A DNA stretch of 64,000 nucleotides from Gammaproteobacteria bacterium (GCA_029882215.1 JAOULC010000007.1:13546-77545), one strand, 5' to 3'; shown: positions 29,240 through 41,404, numbered from the stretch's first letter. Notes: generated by a model from the sequence alone, not told the origin. Made by a program: numbers and translations.

Positions 29240-32200
29240 TTACTCTGTCAACTCATGATCAGGACTTAATATAGGTACTTTTTTAAGGTATTCGTTTAGC
29301 TGAAGCAGGTCCATTGCCTCACTAAAATAATGTCCCTGAGCAAATTCACATTTTATTTTTTTAAGTTCTATCAGCTGGCTTTCAGCCTCAACACCTTCCG
29401 CAATTATTTTAAATCCCATCACTTCAGACATGGCATGCATCATTTCACAGTGACGGCGTGCTTTATCACTAACCGCAAGCTGGTTAATCAAACGGGCATC
29501 CATTTTTACCCGGTCAAAACCTATATCCAGCAAAAGTGAGATTGGCGTCGATCCTTTGCCAAAATTATCAATTTGAAATTTCACACCTGCCTTTCTCAGT
29601 AGCTCAATTATCGCTATCTGATCATAGGACAGGCTGTGCATAGCTGATTCGTTCATATCCATCGCTATCTGACTGATCGATACAGATTCTTCATCGCATA
29701 CCTGTTGCAGAAACTCTAAAAAGTTTTCATCAAGCTGAAGCGCTGAAATATTGATAACAATTTCAGGGATAGTAGAACCGGCTTTCTGCAGGCGACTCAG
29801 TTCGGCACAAGCCTGTCTTATGACCCAGTCCCCTATTGCTACAATAAAGCCTGTGTTTTCTGCTTCAACCAATAATTCGGCCGGTTCCAGCAAACCTTTT
29901 TCAGGGTGCTCCCAGCGCAGTAAGACTTCAATCGCCGACAGGCTTTTTTCATTAACATTAAATTGCGGTAAAAAGAACAGCCTGAATTGATCATTCTTTA
30001 ATGCTTTGTGCAACTGGACTTCATAGTCCCACCATATCTTTGCCTTTTCGTTCAGTTCAGTGCTATACAGATGGTAATTACTGGCAGCTTGCAGTTTTGA
30101 CGCGAGCAGTGCAACTTCTGCTTTTTCTATCAGATCGTTCGCCTCAGCTCCGTCTTCAGGGAACAGGCTAATGCCTATAGAAAAGATCAGATCATACAGC
30201 TCATCGCCAACCTGATAGTTTTCAGACAGTGTGGATAATATTTTTTGTGCCACAATATTAATCTTATTAACGTCTACAATTTCCTCTAATAGCATAGCGA
30301 ATTTATCAGCCCCAAAATGGCTGACGTAATCACTCTCACGACTGACAAACTGCAATCGCCTGCCGACTGTTCTTAACAGCTGATCACCTACATCAAAGCC
30401 ATCGCGTTTATTCAGTTCATAGAACCGTCTGATATCAATAATAACAACAGCGATATATTTACCACTGCGCTTTGAACGTTTTAAAGCGTATTCCAGCCGG
30501 TCTACATAGTGATCCTTATCTGCCAGACCAATCATGTTATCACGGTGCAAGTCTGGAAGCTGCTGCTGAGAACTCCTGCTGTTTGCTCTGGTCATCATCA
30601 TGACATATTTTTTCTTATTATCCTCCAGGCTTTTTATCAGCTCTATATGTGTATTTACCGAGTAGCTTTCACCTGTTTTTCGCCGGTTCCATACAACACC
30701 TTTCCAGACACCGTTCGCTTCCAGCTCTGCACTTATCTTTTCTGTTATAAAAAAGTTTTTCGTATCGGCCAGAATAATCTCTGGCTTCTGACCGCTCAGT
30801 TCAGCCTCGTCATAACCACTCATTTGCAGCATTGCATCGTTAACTGATACTATTCTTTGTTCAGAGTCTAAAACCATAACGGATTCAGAACTGCTTGCAA
30901 ACATTCTCTGCGCCAGGTTAAGCTGGCTCACCACTTCTTTAGAGTCCGTAATATCGCGCACGATAACAAAGCGGAGTTCGCGTCCGTGTATTTCAATCGG
31001 AGCCTGACTGACTTCTACAAAACGCACATCGCCTCCGATTTTATGGGTCGACTCATATAACTTTGGCTTCACACTGTGTGTATTTTTTTCAGCAAAAAAG
31101 TCATCTTCACTCAGGCTTATCGTATTAAAATTTTTACCGACAAGTTCTTCTTTATTTTTTTTATAAAACTCAATCGCTGCTACATTTGCATCTTCGATAA
31201 TATTTCTTACCGGATCTATTACCAGCATAATTGAACTGTTATTTTCAAACATTGACCAGTAACGGTCTTCACTTTCACGGAGCGCCCATTCTGCCACTTT
31301 TCTTTCGCTAATATCTCTGACCACGTACTGATAGGCCAGCTTATTGCCGTACACTACCGTGTGTGCACTTATTTCGACAGCAACAACGTCACCCTGGTAA
31401 GTACACATTTCATGCTCAAACAAAATATCTTTATGTTGTGCCAGCTCAGACAGTTTTTCACGCGTAATTTTTTCCAGTCCGGCTTTATCAATGTCGTATA
31501 TCGACAAATTATTCAGCTCGCCCTCACCATAGCCCAGCCAGATATAAGCCAGCTCATTTGCATCGACAATCGCCAGTGTTTCAGGGTCTATAATAAAGAT
31601 AGCATCGTTTGCGTGATTAAATAAGGTATAGTAATTTTGCTTTGACCTGATCAGATCGTTTGTAGTCTGTTTATTTTCTGTAACATCCCGGAATATAGCG
31701 TGTAAATATGTATTGTTTTTTATTTCTACAACTTTAAAATGTGCTTCCACATCAAACACGTCTTTATTTTTGCTGATTAGCTGAATGCTTCTTATTCCGC
31801 CTTTATCTTCCACCAGTTTATTGATAAATTCCGTTATCTCCTGGCCATCCTCTGCCATGTACAGACCAAGCCTGGTACGAAAAAACTCGCCTCGCTTATA
31901 GCCAAGCATATCCAGTAATGCCGGATTAAATTCAGCCGCTAACGTGGTTTTAACATCAAGCATCATCGTCGGAAATGGTAAGTCATCGAACAGACGTTTA
32001 TATCGTCTGTCGAGCTCTTTATTCTTTGCTTCGAGACTATATTGCACCGATATATCGCGCCGGATTATATATAAACCAATCAGTTTTTTATTTTTATAGA
32101 GTGGTGTTTTTACTGTTTCATAGTGCCTTGTCTGACCGCCTACCATCAGCTCTTCTTCATGCTGATGTTGCTTTATTTCTGACAATACCCAGTCATCTTC

Positions 32201-32626
32201 CTGCTGGCACTTCATCACTTCAATTTCGTCCATGAAGCAGTCATCCATTTTTCCGGCAATATAATTTTTTGTTACACCAAAAATTTCACAAAAATAATCA
32301 TTTACGTATATATACTGACCTTTTATATTTTTAATGGCGACGGCGACACTGCTCTCATTCAATATTTCATGATAGACCTTCTCTGTTATATCCCTGTTGA
32401 GAGTAACAACATCAAAAATGACTAAGATTTCACGTATAAATGAGAATATTGCATTAAACACCAGGCCTAGCATCATACCACTGATAAACCAGTATGCATG
32501 CACTGCGTTTGCCGGTTCCAGCAGGCTGTCTACTACTTCCTTGCCGATAAATAACCACAACAAACCCAGCAGCAGTTTGAGTCCTGACACAACCAGCCGG
32601 TTTATATGTGTATTAACAATTGCCAC
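29240..32626 (-). CDS. 2TM, multi-PAS, degenerate GGDEF and EAL domain protein
   Basis: Repeated PAS ends (RDIS, RDVT, RDIS, RDIT), SHFGADKF, EVLLRW, DNFGKG, AEGVE. Confidence 0.85.
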   Translation of the reverse strand: MAIVNTHINRLVVSGLKLLLGLLWLFIGKEVVDSLLEPANAVHAYWFISGMMLGLVFNAIFSFIREILVIFDVVTLNRDITEKVYHEILNESSVAVAIKNIKGQYIYVNDYFCEIFGVTKNYIAGKMDDCFMDEIEVMKCQQEDDWVLSEIKQHQHEEELMVGGQTRHYETVKTPLYKNKKLIGLYIIRRDISVQYSLEAKNKELDRRYKRLFDDLPFPTMMLDVKTTLAAEFNPALLDMLGYKRGEFFRTRLGLYMAEDGQEITEFINKLVEDKGGIRSIQLISKNKDVFDVEAHFKVVEIKNNTYLHAIFRDVTENKQTTNDLIRSKQNYYTLFNHANDAIFIIDPETLAIVDANELAYIWLGYGEGELNNLSIYDIDKAGLEKITREKLSELAQHKDILFEHEMCTYQGDVVAVEISAHTVVYGNKLAYQYVVRDISERKVAEWALRESEDRYWSMFENNSSIMLVIDPVRNIIEDANVAAIEFYKKNKEELVGKNFNTISLSEDDFFAEKNTHSVKPKLYESTHKIGGDVRFVEVSQAPIEIHGRELRFVIVRDITDSKEVVSQLNLAQRMFASSSESVMVLDSEQRIVSVNDAMLQMSGYDEAELSGQKPEIILADTKNFFITEKISAELEANGVWKGVVWNRRKTGESYSVNTHIELIKSLEDNKKKYVMMMTRANSRSSQQQLPDLHRDNMIGLADKDHYVDRLEYALKRSKRSGKYIAVVIIDIRRFYELNKRDGFDVGDQLLRTVGRRLQFVSRESDYVSHFGADKFAMLLEEIVDVNKINIVAQKILSTLSENYQVGDELYDLIFSIGISLFPEDGAEANDLIEKAEVALLASKLQAASNYHLYSTELNEKAKIWWDYEVQLHKALKNDQFRLFFLPQFNVNEKSLSAIEVLLRWEHPEKGLLEPAELLVEAENTGFIVAIGDWVIRQACAELSRLQKAGSTIPEIVINISALQLDENFLEFLQQVCDEESVSISQIAMDMNESAMHSLSYDQIAIIELLRKAGVKFQIDNFGKGSTPISLLLDIGFDRVKMDARLINQLAVSDKARRHCEMMHAMSEVMGFKIIAEGVEAESQLIELKKIKCEFAQGHYFSEAMDLLQLNEYLKKVPILSPDHELTE

Positions 32627-32653
32627 AGCGTAATCCTTTATTGTGTTTCTTTT

Positions 32654-34813
32654 TTATAAGGAGGTCAGATTAGCATACGATATAACTAACCATTTGGTTC
32701 CTTCGAATTCAAAATTTACTTCAACTCTGGCGTGCGCACCCGTGCCTTCATAATTAATTACCATACCTTCTCCAAACTTGGCATGTATCACTCTCTGCCC
32801 TATGCTGAACTCTGATGAATCGTCCTGCGATAAAAAACTATTGCTCATAGTTGGTTCAGATACTTTTGTATGCAAGCGTATATCTGCTATTAATTCTGCC
32901 GGTATTTCACTGATAAACCTTGATGGCCGGGGATAAGTATCACGTCCGTACAACTGACGGTGCTCAGCATTACTGATGGTTAACTGTTCACGCGCTCTGG
33001 TAATGCCAACGTAGCAAAGCCGGCGCTCCTCTTCCAGTCTGGCCGCATCTTCTACTGATCGCTGATGAGGAAACAGGCCTTCTTCAACACCACAGATAAA
33101 GACCTGCTTGAACTCCAGCCCTTTCGCACTGTGCATCGTCATCATCTGCACGCAATCTTCCCACTCTTCAGCCTGGCCTTCTCCGGATTCAAGCACCGCA
33201 TACGTTAGAAAGGCTGTAATTTTTTCCATTTCTTCGGCTTCATCCTCAGGCATTGTAAAACTTTTTGCCGCGCCGACCAGCTCTTCCATATTTTCAATTC
33301 GCTGCTCTGCTTTTTCAGACTTATCTTTTCTAAAGTGTTCAATTAAACCTGACTTATGTACCACGTGATCAACCATTTCATGCAGTTCAATCTCCGACGT
33401 TGCTGCCTGCATTTCACTGATCAGGTCGATAAAATTTTGCAGTGCATTACCGGCCCTGGCGGTTAAAACTTTAGCTTCAATTAATTTCAATGCAGCATCC
33501 CACATTGTTATTCCCTGAAGCTTCGCCTGTTCACGTATAATGTCTATTGTTCTGCCGCCAATTCCCCGCGCCGGAACATTCACTATACGTTCAAAAGCAG
33601 TATCATCCAGCACATTATTCATCAGCCTTAAATAGGCAATGCAGTCTTTTATCTCGGCCCGGTCAAAGAAGCGCAGGCCGCCGTAAATGCGGTACGGTAT
33701 CTGCTCCGCATTCAATGACTGCTCAAACACCCGTGACTGCGCATTGGAACGATAGAGAATAGCCACTTCATCCCGCTGTTCTCCGTCATCAACCCATTGT
33801 TTTATTTTTTCAATAACATAGCGTGCTTCGTCATATTCGTTATATGCCTGATAATAAGTAATGGGCTCGCCATCACTGCCTGCGGTCCACAGTTTTTTAC
33901 CAAGTCGGTCGCCATTGTTACCGATAACAGCGTTTGCCGCCGACAGAATAGTGGCCGTTGAGCGGTAGTTTTGTTCCAGCTTTATAATTCTTGATGCGGG
34001 GAAATCCTTGCGGAATTTCTGCAGGTTTTCAACCCGTGCACCTCGCCAGCCATAAATAGCCTGATCATCATCGCCGACGACAAATATATTGTTTTTCTTG
34101 CCAACTAATAACCGTACCCAGGCATATTGTATTGAGTTTGTATCCTGAAACTCATCCACCAGTACATGTCTGAAGCGCTGCTGATAGTGCTGCAGCAAAT
34201 CATCATTATCTCTTAGCAGCTCGAGCGAGCGCAGCAGCATCTCCGCGAAATCGATCACTCCCGCCCGCAGACAAGCCGCTTCATATGCAGAGTAAATCCG
34301 CACTAACTGGCGCCGTACCATGTCACCATTATCGGCAATATGCTGCGGCCTTTCGCCTTCATCTTTGCAGGCATTGATAAAACCGCGAATCTGTTTCGGT
34401 TGCCACTGTGTTTCATCCAGTTCCAGTGACTGCACTACTTTTTTAATCAGCCGTAACTGATCATCAGAATCCAGAATCTGGAAAGTCTGTGGTAAACCCG
34501 CCTGCTTCCAGTGACTTCTTAATAAGCGATGTGCGATACCATGAAACGTACCCACCCAGATTCCGCTCATCGAGCGGCTGTGCATCGCTTCAACTCGCTG
34601 GCGCATTTCTTTTGAGGCTTTATTGGTAAAGGTAACCGCAAGAATACTGTGAGGTGACACATTCTCTACCGTCACCAGCCAGCTAATTCGGTGTACCAGT
34701 ACTCGTGTTTTACCGCTGCCAGCACCTGCCAGCACCAGCATTGCTGTATCTGGTGCGGATACAGCCTCACGCTGCATTTCATTCAAACCATCTAATATTT
34801 CTGTAACATCCAT
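32654..34813 (-). CDS. uvrD: DNA helicase II
   Basis: AGAGSGKT, VDEFQDTN, GDDDQAIY, LEQNYRS, HSAKGLEF, EEERRLCYVGITRA. Confidence 0.96.
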   Translation of the reverse strand: MDVTEILDGLNEMQREAVSAPDTAMLVLAGAGSGKTRVLVHRISWLVTVENVSPHSILAVTFTNKASKEMRQRVEAMHSRSMSGIWVGTFHGIAHRLLRSHWKQAGLPQTFQILDSDDQLRLIKKVVQSLELDETQWQPKQIRGFINACKDEGERPQHIADNGDMVRRQLVRIYSAYEAACLRAGVIDFAEMLLRSLELLRDNDDLLQHYQQRFRHVLVDEFQDTNSIQYAWVRLLVGKKNNIFVVGDDDQAIYGWRGARVENLQKFRKDFPASRIIKLEQNYRSTATILSAANAVIGNNGDRLGKKLWTAGSDGEPITYYQAYNEYDEARYVIEKIKQWVDDGEQRDEVAILYRSNAQSRVFEQSLNAEQIPYRIYGGLRFFDRAEIKDCIAYLRLMNNVLDDTAFERIVNVPARGIGGRTIDIIREQAKLQGITMWDAALKLIEAKVLTARAGNALQNFIDLISEMQAATSEIELHEMVDHVVHKSGLIEHFRKDKSEKAEQRIENMEELVGAAKSFTMPEDEAEEMEKITAFLTYAVLESGEGQAEEWEDCVQMMTMHSAKGLEFKQVFICGVEEGLFPHQRSVEDAARLEEERRLCYVGITRAREQLTISNAEHRQLYGRDTYPRPSRFISEIPAELIADIRLHTKVSEPTMSNSFLSQDDSSEFSIGQRVIHAKFGEGMVINYEGTGAHARVEVNFEFEGTKWLVISYANLTSL

Positions 34814-34898
34814 CAACTTAATCTTCTTGGGACATCTAAAGGACAAACTATTCAGTTAAACTTAATTTAACTCTATTTTATACTAATAACGATCAACC

Positions 34899-35291
34899 AT
34901 GCCGATACACACAACACCAGATCATCAGCAACATCTGCTACATACACGATGCACAGACATTGTTAGCGTTGATGAAGTCTGCGTTTATTTAAAAACAACC
35001 TGGCTTGATCCTGCTGTCTACGGCTATAACCAGCTGATTGATTATACTGCAGCTGACCTGTCGCAAATTGACTATGGCGGACTTATGACAATCGCTGCAG
35101 AATCTGCCAAAGTTTACTCACTGGATCCGGATTCCAGATGCGCCATGCTCATAGCTTCTGCTGAACAAAAAAGAATGGCAGACTTTTATATCAATGCGAA
35201 GTCGCTAATGACAGTGCCAACGCGTGAATACAAAAGTTTTACTTGCCGTGAAGAAGCCATCGAGTGGCTGACTGAAAAACATTCAACATAA
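34899..35291 (+). CDS. Hypothetical protein (possible STAS/SpoIIAA-like alpha/beta fold)
   Basis: 130-aa ORF; C-terminal F...EEAIEWL pattern common in SpoIIAA-like proteins. Confidence 0.55.
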   Translation: MPIHTTPDHQQHLLHTRCTDIVSVDEVCVYLKTTWLDPAVYGYNQLIDYTAADLSQIDYGGLMTIAAESAKVYSLDPDSRCAMLIASAEQKRMADFYINAKSLMTVPTREYKSFTCREEAIEWLTEKHST

Positions 35292-35301
35292 GACCAGTCG
35301 T

Positions 35302-36960
35302 TTAATCTTTCAGCCCAAAATAAATAATCACCGTACCAACTACCCCGCAAACCCATGATATAAACGGAGCACCCGCTATTAGCGCTCCGCTCACCGGGTT
35401 CAGACTGTATACAACAAACGCACTGATCAGCAAACTGGAGCCGACAATTGACATCACCGTTCGCTGGTTTGATCTGTATATTTCTTGTCTTAACTCTTTC
35501 ATTTCCAGCTGCTGTGCTTCATGGTTTTCACCTTCGGCTGCCCGCTTTAACGCGGCATAAATCAGACTCGGCAACTCCGGCATTTTTTCTGCAATATAGG
35601 GCAGGTTCTTTTTAAAGCCGCGCAACATGGCCTGCGCACCAATCTGTTCATCCATCCAGTTTTCAAGGAATGGTTTTGCTGTTTTCCACAGGTCAAGATC
35701 CGGATTAAGCTGCCGCCCGAGACCTTCAATATTCAGCAGGGTTTTTTGTAATAGCACCAGTTGTGGCTGCACTTCCATATTAAAACGCTGAGCTGTCTGG
35801 AACAGGCCGATTAAAACCAGACCAAATGAAATATCCTTTAACGGTTTTTCAAAAATCGGTTCACACACACTGCGGATAGCCGATTCAAATTCATCGACAC
35901 GGGTATCTGCCGGTACCCAGCCAGAATCTACATGCAGCTGTGCTACCCGCTGATAGTCACGTTTAAAAAATGCCAGAAAGTTTTCTGCCAGATAACGCTG
36001 GTCATCAACATTCAGGCTGCCGACTATGCCAAAATCGACCGCTATATATTGTGCGTTCTGCGGATTTTTAAGATCAACAAAGATATTTCCCGGATGCATA
36101 TCCGCATGGAAAAAATTATGTTTAAACACCTGGGTAAAAAATATTTCGACACCACGTTCAGACAAACGCTCAAGATTAACCCCGTGTTCGATTAATGCCT
36201 CAGTCTGGCCAATCGGTATACCGGAAATACGCTCCATCACCATGACATCACGGCGTACAAAATCCCAGTACACTTCCGGTATATATAAAGCAGCAGACTC
36301 ACTAAAATTGCGTCTCAATTGTGAGGCATTAGCCGCTTCACGCTGCAGGTTTAATTCATCGTGAATGGTTTTTTCATATTCGGCCACGACTTCAATCACC
36401 CGCAGACGACGGCCTATACTCGAATAGCGCTCGGCCAGCTGTGCAATCACATACATTAGTGCAACATCACGTTCGATGATTTTTTTAATGCCAGGCCGCA
36501 CGACTTTAACAATCACCTCAGTGCCGTCTTTTAATTGTGCGCCATGCACCTGCGCGATGGATGCCGAGGCAAATGGTTCATTATCAAAACGTAAAAAAGC
36601 CTCATTAACATTGCTCTTTAGCGATGCCTCAATAATACTTTTTGCCTGCTCAGGCGGAAATGGCGGTACATTATCCTGCAACTTCGCCAGTTCTTTTGCA
36701 ATATCGTCGGCCAGTAAGTCGCGCCGTGTCGAAAGCATCTGCCCCAGCTTTATATAAACCGGGCCGAGGTCTTCGAGTGCTTTTCTCAGTCGTTCACCTC
36801 TTGCCGCTCGCTTTCTTGGCAGCCAGTTCCATGGCATAAGAAATAAAAGAAAACGAAACGGTCTGAATAAGTGTATTTCAAATACGATATCATCAAGGCC
36901 GTGTTTCATCAGAACATAATTAATACGAAGCAAACGTAACAGCTGAGAGGGGCGAATCAT
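35302..36960 (-). CDS. ubiB: Ubiquinone biosynthesis kinase-like protein UbiB
   Basis: [42 protein letters not shown]. Confidence 0.96.
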   Translation of the reverse strand: MIRPSQLLRLLRINYVLMKHGLDDIVFEIHLFRPFRFLLFLMPWNWLPRKRAARGERLRKALEDLGPVYIKLGQMLSTRRDLLADDIAKELAKLQDNVPPFPPEQAKSIIEASLKSNVNEAFLRFDNEPFASASIAQVHGAQLKDGTEVIVKVVRPGIKKIIERDVALMYVIAQLAERYSSIGRRLRVIEVVAEYEKTIHDELNLQREAANASQLRRNFSESAALYIPEVYWDFVRRDVMVMERISGIPIGQTEALIEHGVNLERLSERGVEIFFTQVFKHNFFHADMHPGNIFVDLKNPQNAQYIAVDFGIVGSLNVDDQRYLAENFLAFFKRDYQRVAQLHVDSGWVPADTRVDEFESAIRSVCEPIFEKPLKDISFGLVLIGLFQTAQRFNMEVQPQLVLLQKTLLNIEGLGRQLNPDLDLWKTAKPFLENWMDEQIGAQAMLRGFKKNLPYIAEKMPELPSLIYAALKRAAEGENHEAQQLEMKELRQEIYRSNQRTVMSIVGSSLLISAFVVYSLNPVSGALIAGAPFISWVCGVVGTVIIYFGLKD

Positions 36961-37598
36961 TGTTTTTTAGCCTTATTATCGGATGAGTCTTGTTTTTTTT
37001 GTTGCAGTTTTTTCAGCCGCGCTTCCAGCCTTGATACATCATCTCTTAACTTATCGACATCCTGCATAAACGCACCGGTTTCATTCTGTCCGGGCAGGTA
37101 ATGAATTTCTTCCTGTAAATACTCACCGATATTCATTTGCATGGAGTCGTTGTTTCTTTTTTTCCATGAGAATATCGAGCGTGAAATATTGCCCAGTGTA
37201 TGCGCCGCCATATCACCGGTGACTTTAGCTAACAGCTCTTCCCAGTCCAGGTCTAATGAAGCCAGTAAACGGTTAAATTGTCTGCCCAGTTTCAGATCGC
37301 CGGTAATGCTGACATCGCCGGCAAACATTTCTGCCTGACTGTCACTGGCCATACCCAGCCTGACGAGTGCCAGTGGAGTACCACTGATCGTGGTGTCGGC
37401 ATCCGCGTCAAAATCATCCAGTATCATCACGTCCTGTGCATCGGGGAAAAGATATAAGCGGATATTCAGGCCTTCGAATTGCAGGCAGATGATACGGCCT
37501 TCCATCGCGGCAAGTTGCGCGGCGGCTGCCGGCTCGAGTGACAATAAACGATTAAACGCGTTTTCTATGCCAGCAATAACAATCTGTGGTACTTTCAC
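36957..37598 (-). CDS. ubiJ: Ubiquinone biosynthesis accessory factor UbiJ (SCP2 domain)
   Basis: ISGTP, ITGD, DWEELLA..TGD, EYLQEE; between ubiE and ubiB. Confidence 0.9.
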   Translation of the reverse strand: MKVPQIVIAGIENAFNRLLSLEPAAAAQLAAMEGRIICLQFEGLNIRLYLFPDAQDVMILDDFDADADTTISGTPLALVRLGMASDSQAEMFAGDVSITGDLKLGRQFNRLLASLDLDWEELLAKVTGDMAAHTLGNISRSIFSWKKRNNDSMQMNIGEYLQEEIHYLPGQNETGAFMQDVDKLRDDVSRLEARLKKLQQKKQDSSDNKAKKQ

Positions 37599-37638
37599 CG
37601 CGCCGCTTCACTCTTTATAAATTTTTCGGAACTTCTGC

Positions 37639-38388
37639 TTAAAGTTTAAAACCTTTATGCAAGGCAACAATACCACCGGTTAGATTATGATAATCACAAC
37701 GCTCGAAGCCGGCCTCCTGCATCATTGATTTTAATGTATCCTGATCCGGATGCATGCGAATAGACTCAGCCAGATAGCGATAGCTCTCTTCGTCATTAGC
37801 AATGACCTTGCCCATCATCGGTAATAATTTAAATGAATAAAAGTCATACACAGGCGACAGGCCAGGTGCGACCGGCTTAGAAAATTCCAGCACCAGTAAA
37901 CGACCGCCCGGCTTTAAGATGCGCTGCATTGAACGCAGCGCCATGTCTTTATCCGTGACATTACGCAGGCCAAATGCCATGGTGATACAGTCAAAATAAT
38001 CGTCAGGGAATGGCAGGCATTCTGCGTTCGCCTGTACATAACGAATATTACCCGCCACGCCTTCATCGGTTAGCCGGTCGCGACCGTTTGAGAGCATTGA
38101 CCCGTTGATATCCGATAACACCACTTCACCGGAGTCGCCCACCATGCGTGACATTTTCAATGCCAGATCACCGGTACCACCTGCCAGATCCAGCACACGC
38201 TGACCGTTTTTCAGACCTGTTTGTGCCAGCGTAAAGCGCTTCCAGAGGCGATGTACACCAAACGACATGACATCATTCATAATGTCATATTTGTCTGCAA
38301 CCGAGTGGAAAACCTCGGCAACTTTACCGGCTTTTTCTCCGGCTTTGACTTGCTCAAAACCGAAATGTGTTTCTTCGTTACTTTTCAT
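37639..38388 (-). CDS. ubiE: Ubiquinone/menaquinone C-methyltransferase
   Basis: [41 protein letters not shown]. Confidence 0.97.
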   Translation of the reverse strand: MKSNEETHFGFEQVKAGEKAGKVAEVFHSVADKYDIMNDVMSFGVHRLWKRFTLAQTGLKNGQRVLDLAGGTGDLALKMSRMVGDSGEVVLSDINGSMLSNGRDRLTDEGVAGNIRYVQANAECLPFPDDYFDCITMAFGLRNVTDKDMALRSMQRILKPGGRLLVLEFSKPVAPGLSPVYDFYSFKLLPMMGKVIANDEESYRYLAESIRMHPDQDTLKSMMQEAGFERCDYHNLTGGIVALHKGFKL

Positions 38389-38426
38389 CTGAATTCCAAA
38401 TGGCTGCGCTGCCTTAGTCTCCGGGT

Positions 38427-38792
38427 TTAACTGGCTTCCGGATTCTGCCGTTGATGGCCGGCTTCTTTTAAGCGCTCTAGGTAATTATCCCACTTTTCCT
38501 GGTAGTTTACGCCTAAGTCGTAAAGATAATCCCAGGAATACAGGCCTGTGTCGTGATTATCACTGAAAGCCAGCTTCACGGCGTAGTGCCCAACAGCCTC
38601 AATACTGTCAATGTTCACACTTTCTTTATTCAGCTGCAACACTTCCTGACCCGGACCATGACCTGTGACTTCCGCAGAAGGTGAATACACGCGCAGGTAT
38701 TCACAGGGCAGCTTGAAAGTAGAACCTTCATCGAATTCTAATTCCAGTACGTGTGATTTTTTATGTAACATGATATTGGTAGGTTTTGGCAT
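38427..38792 (-). CDS. DUF971 (GBBH-like N-terminal domain) protein
   Basis: [31 protein letters not shown]; conserved between hslU and ubiE. Confidence 0.88.
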   Translation of the reverse strand: MPKPTNIMLHKKSHVLELEFDEGSTFKLPCEYLRVYSPSAEVTGHGPGQEVLQLNKESVNIDSIEAVGHYAVKLAFSDNHDTGLYSWDYLYDLGVNYQEKWDNYLERLKEAGHQRQNPEAS

Positions 38793-38901
38793 TCTGTACT
38801 CCGATAAGCCCGCTAACACCGGCTTGTCTGTTAATTTAAAAAACTCGATAACTGATTATAAAGCAGCAATTGTTCAGAGTATCCGGACAAATACACCCTG
38901 T

Positions 38902-40230
38902 TTACAGTATGTAGCGACTCAGATCCTGATCCTCTGCCAAATTACCTAAAATGGCTTCTACATAGCTGGCATCAATACTGACGCTGCTGCCGGACTTATC
39001 CGCAGCCTCAAAAGAGATGTCCTCCAGCAATTTTTCCATTACCGTGTGTAAACGTCGGGCACCGATATTTTCGGTTTTTTCATTCACACTGAACGCCACA
39101 TCGGCAATCCGTGCAATACCATCGTCAGTGAAATTAATCTCCACCCCTTCGGTGGCTAACAACGCCTTGTATTGCACGGTTAGGGCAGCATCGGGTTCGG
39201 TCAGGATGCGGATAAAATCTTCCGCTTTAAGTGCATCCAGCTCTACGCGAATCGGCAAACGACCCTGCAACTCCGGAATCAAGTCTGAGGGTTTACTGAC
39301 ATGGAAAGCGCCTGAGGTTATAAACAAAATATGGTCGGTCTTCACCATGCCGTATTTTGTCGTCACCGTGCAACCCTCAACCAGCGGTAACAGGTCACGC
39401 TGCACGCCTTCGCGTGAAACATCACTTCCACTGGTTTCATTGCGCTGACAGACCTTGTCGATCTCATCAATAAAGACAATACCATTTTGTTCTGCATTGA
39501 TAACCGCCCGCTGTTTGAGGTCATCCTCATTCAGCAGCTTAGCTGCTTCTTCTTCCAGCAGGGCTTTTTGTGCCTGTTTAACCGTCATCTTGCGCATTTT
39601 TGTACTGCCAGTGGACATGTTCTGGAACATACCCTGCAGCTGGCTGGTCATTTCTTCCATGCCAGGTGGCGCCATGATCTCCACCCCGAGCTGCTGTGCC
39701 TGCACTTCAATCTCAATTTCACGTTCGTCCAGATCACCTAAACGCAGCTTGGTTCTGAATTTTTCTCGCGTACTGTTATCAGCTGACACTTCCGGGTTAC
39801 CAAAAGAATCACGCGATGGCGGTAACAAAGCATTTAAGATGCGCTCTTCTACTTTATCTTCAGCCTGTGAATGGACTTTTTTCATCTCAGCTTCACGCAC
39901 TTCTTTCACAGATAAATCGACAAGATCACGAATGATCGTATCCACTTCCCGGCCAACATAGCCTACTTCTGTGAATTTGGTCGCTTCTACCTTAATAAAC
40001 GGTGCTTGCGATAATTTCGCCAGACGGCGGGCAATCTCGGTTTTACCAACACCGGTTGGGCCGATCATCAGTATATTTTTAGGCGTAATTTCATTGCGTA
40101 GCTCTTCTGCCACCATTTGCCGGCGGTAGCGGTTACGTAAGGCGATAGCGACAGCACGTTTGGCTGAGCTTTGTCCTACAATGTGCTTGTCCAGTTCCTG
40201 GACAATTTCACGGGGGGTCATAGAAGACAT
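38902..40230 (-). CDS. hslU: ATP-dependent protease ATPase subunit HslU
   Basis: [31 protein letters not shown]-terminal YIL. Confidence 0.97.
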   Translation of the reverse strand: MSSMTPREIVQELDKHIVGQSSAKRAVAIALRNRYRRQMVAEELRNEITPKNILMIGPTGVGKTEIARRLAKLSQAPFIKVEATKFTEVGYVGREVDTIIRDLVDLSVKEVREAEMKKVHSQAEDKVEERILNALLPPSRDSFGNPEVSADNSTREKFRTKLRLGDLDEREIEIEVQAQQLGVEIMAPPGMEEMTSQLQGMFQNMSTGSTKMRKMTVKQAQKALLEEEAAKLLNEDDLKQRAVINAEQNGIVFIDEIDKVCQRNETSGSDVSREGVQRDLLPLVEGCTVTTKYGMVKTDHILFITSGAFHVSKPSDLIPELQGRLPIRVELDALKAEDFIRILTEPDAALTVQYKALLATEGVEINFTDDGIARIADVAFSVNEKTENIGARRLHTVMEKLLEDISFEAADKSGSSVSIDASYVEAILGNLAEDQDLSRYIL

Positions 40231-40252
40231 AGTGTTTGAAACCTTTAGTAAA

Positions 40253-40798
40253 TTATTCGTCGTTGCTGAGTTCTTCAATGGTCAGGTTTTTATTGGTATA
40301 AATGCAGATGTCACCGGCGATATTTAAGCTTTTCTCGACAATTTCGCGCGCTGATAAGTCGGTATTATCAAATAAGGCACGGGCCGCTGAACGGGCATAG
40401 TTTGAGCCTGAACCAATGGCTAACAAATCATCGTCGGTATCGATCACATCACCATTACCGCTGATAATTAATGAGGCTTCTTTGTCGGCAACAATTAACA
40501 TGGCTTCGAGGTTACGCAGCATTTTATCGGTACGCCAGTCTTTTGCCAGTTCGACCGCAGAGCGCACCAGCTGGCCATTGTGTTTTTCCAGCTGACCTTC
40601 AAAACGTTCAAAAAGTGTAAACGCATCGGCGGTGGCACCGGCAAAGCCGACGATGACTTTATTGTGGTAAAGACGACGGACTTTACGGGCATTACCCTTC
40701 ATAACCGTGTCACCTAAAGTGACCTGACCATCCCCGCCGATAACCACAGAGTTACCGCGGCGAATGGATATTATCGTCGTACCATGAAACGTGGCCAC
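40253..40798 (-). CDS. hslV: ATP-dependent protease subunit HslV
   Basis: FHG-TTI propeptide and catalytic Thr, [22 protein letters not shown] start after GGAG. Confidence 0.96.
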   Translation of the reverse strand: MATFHGTTIISIRRGNSVVIGGDGQVTLGDTVMKGNARKVRRLYHNKVIVGFAGATADAFTLFERFEGQLEKHNGQLVRSAVELAKDWRTDKMLRNLEAMLIVADKEASLIISGNGDVIDTDDDLLAIGSGSNYARSAARALFDNTDLSAREIVEKSLNIAGDICIYTNKNLTIEELSNDE

Positions 40799-40850
40799 AT
40801 GAATCTCCAAAAATATTTTTAACAGGGTGCGAATTGTACACGAAATACAG

Positions 40851-40879
40851 ATATAAGCCCGAACAGGGCGCTTTTCAAG
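40851..40879 (-). promoter_or_regulatory. Possible sigma32 promoter of hslVU
   Basis: Minus strand CTTGAAA-14nt-GCTTATAT (exact -35, imperfect -10) upstream of heat-shock genes. Confidence 0.5.
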
Positions 40880-40912
40880 CGTAGTTATTGTTCTTTTTGC
40901 TTTGCGCGGGGA

Positions 40913-41152
40913 TCAGAACAGCTCAATGCCATCATCATCGCTGTCATTTTTCTTGCGTACGTTAACTTCTGCCAAAACCAGATCCAGCAAATTGGTTAAC
41001 TCGGCATCATCTAATGCTGTGATGTCGAGTGACTGAAAAGTTCTTTTCATGGACTGATTGGCCTGATAGCAGGTCAGGTGTGCAGGCCCCTGGCCCGGAA
41101 CTGAAATACCTTCTTCACCAAACACCGGGTGTTTACAAAAAATACATCTCAT
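40913..41152 (-). CDS. Small Zn-finger-like protein (DUF2175-like)
   Basis: CIFC...AHLTC, acidic C-terminus ending IELF. Confidence 0.7.
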   Translation of the reverse strand: MRCIFCKHPVFGEEGISVPGQGPAHLTCYQANQSMKRTFQSLDITALDDAELTNLLDLVLAEVNVRKKNDSDDDGIELF

Positions 41153-41167
41153 CTTTAATCGGCACTC

Positions 41168-41404
41168 TTATACTGGCTGCAAAACACCCGATAAATGTTG
41201 TAAATGCTCAGCGGCTATCTGCCCTCTTTCAGTTAAGTAGCCTCCGTCCTGCTGACTAACCAGGCCTTTTTCAAATAGTCTGGCGGCTGCCGCTATTTTA
41301 GCTTCGGTGGCATCGGAGTGAACTTTTATACCCGTTTGCAGGCTGTCCAGATCATAGCAGCTCAGCACATTCATCTCTTCAAGTAAGTCGTTATCAAATT
41401 TCAT
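41168..41404 (-). CDS. TIGR02647-family putative winged-helix protein
   Basis: GIKVH.DA, AAARLFEKGL.SQ.DGGYLT..G. Confidence 0.8.
   Translation of the reverse strand: MKFDNDLLEEMNVLSCYDLDSLQTGIKVHSDATEAKIAAAARLFEKGLVSQQDGGYLTERGQIAAEHLQHLSGVLQPV

Noticed and set aside
34814..34898. LexA box upstream of uvrD
   Set aside because: No CTGT-N8-ACAG match found
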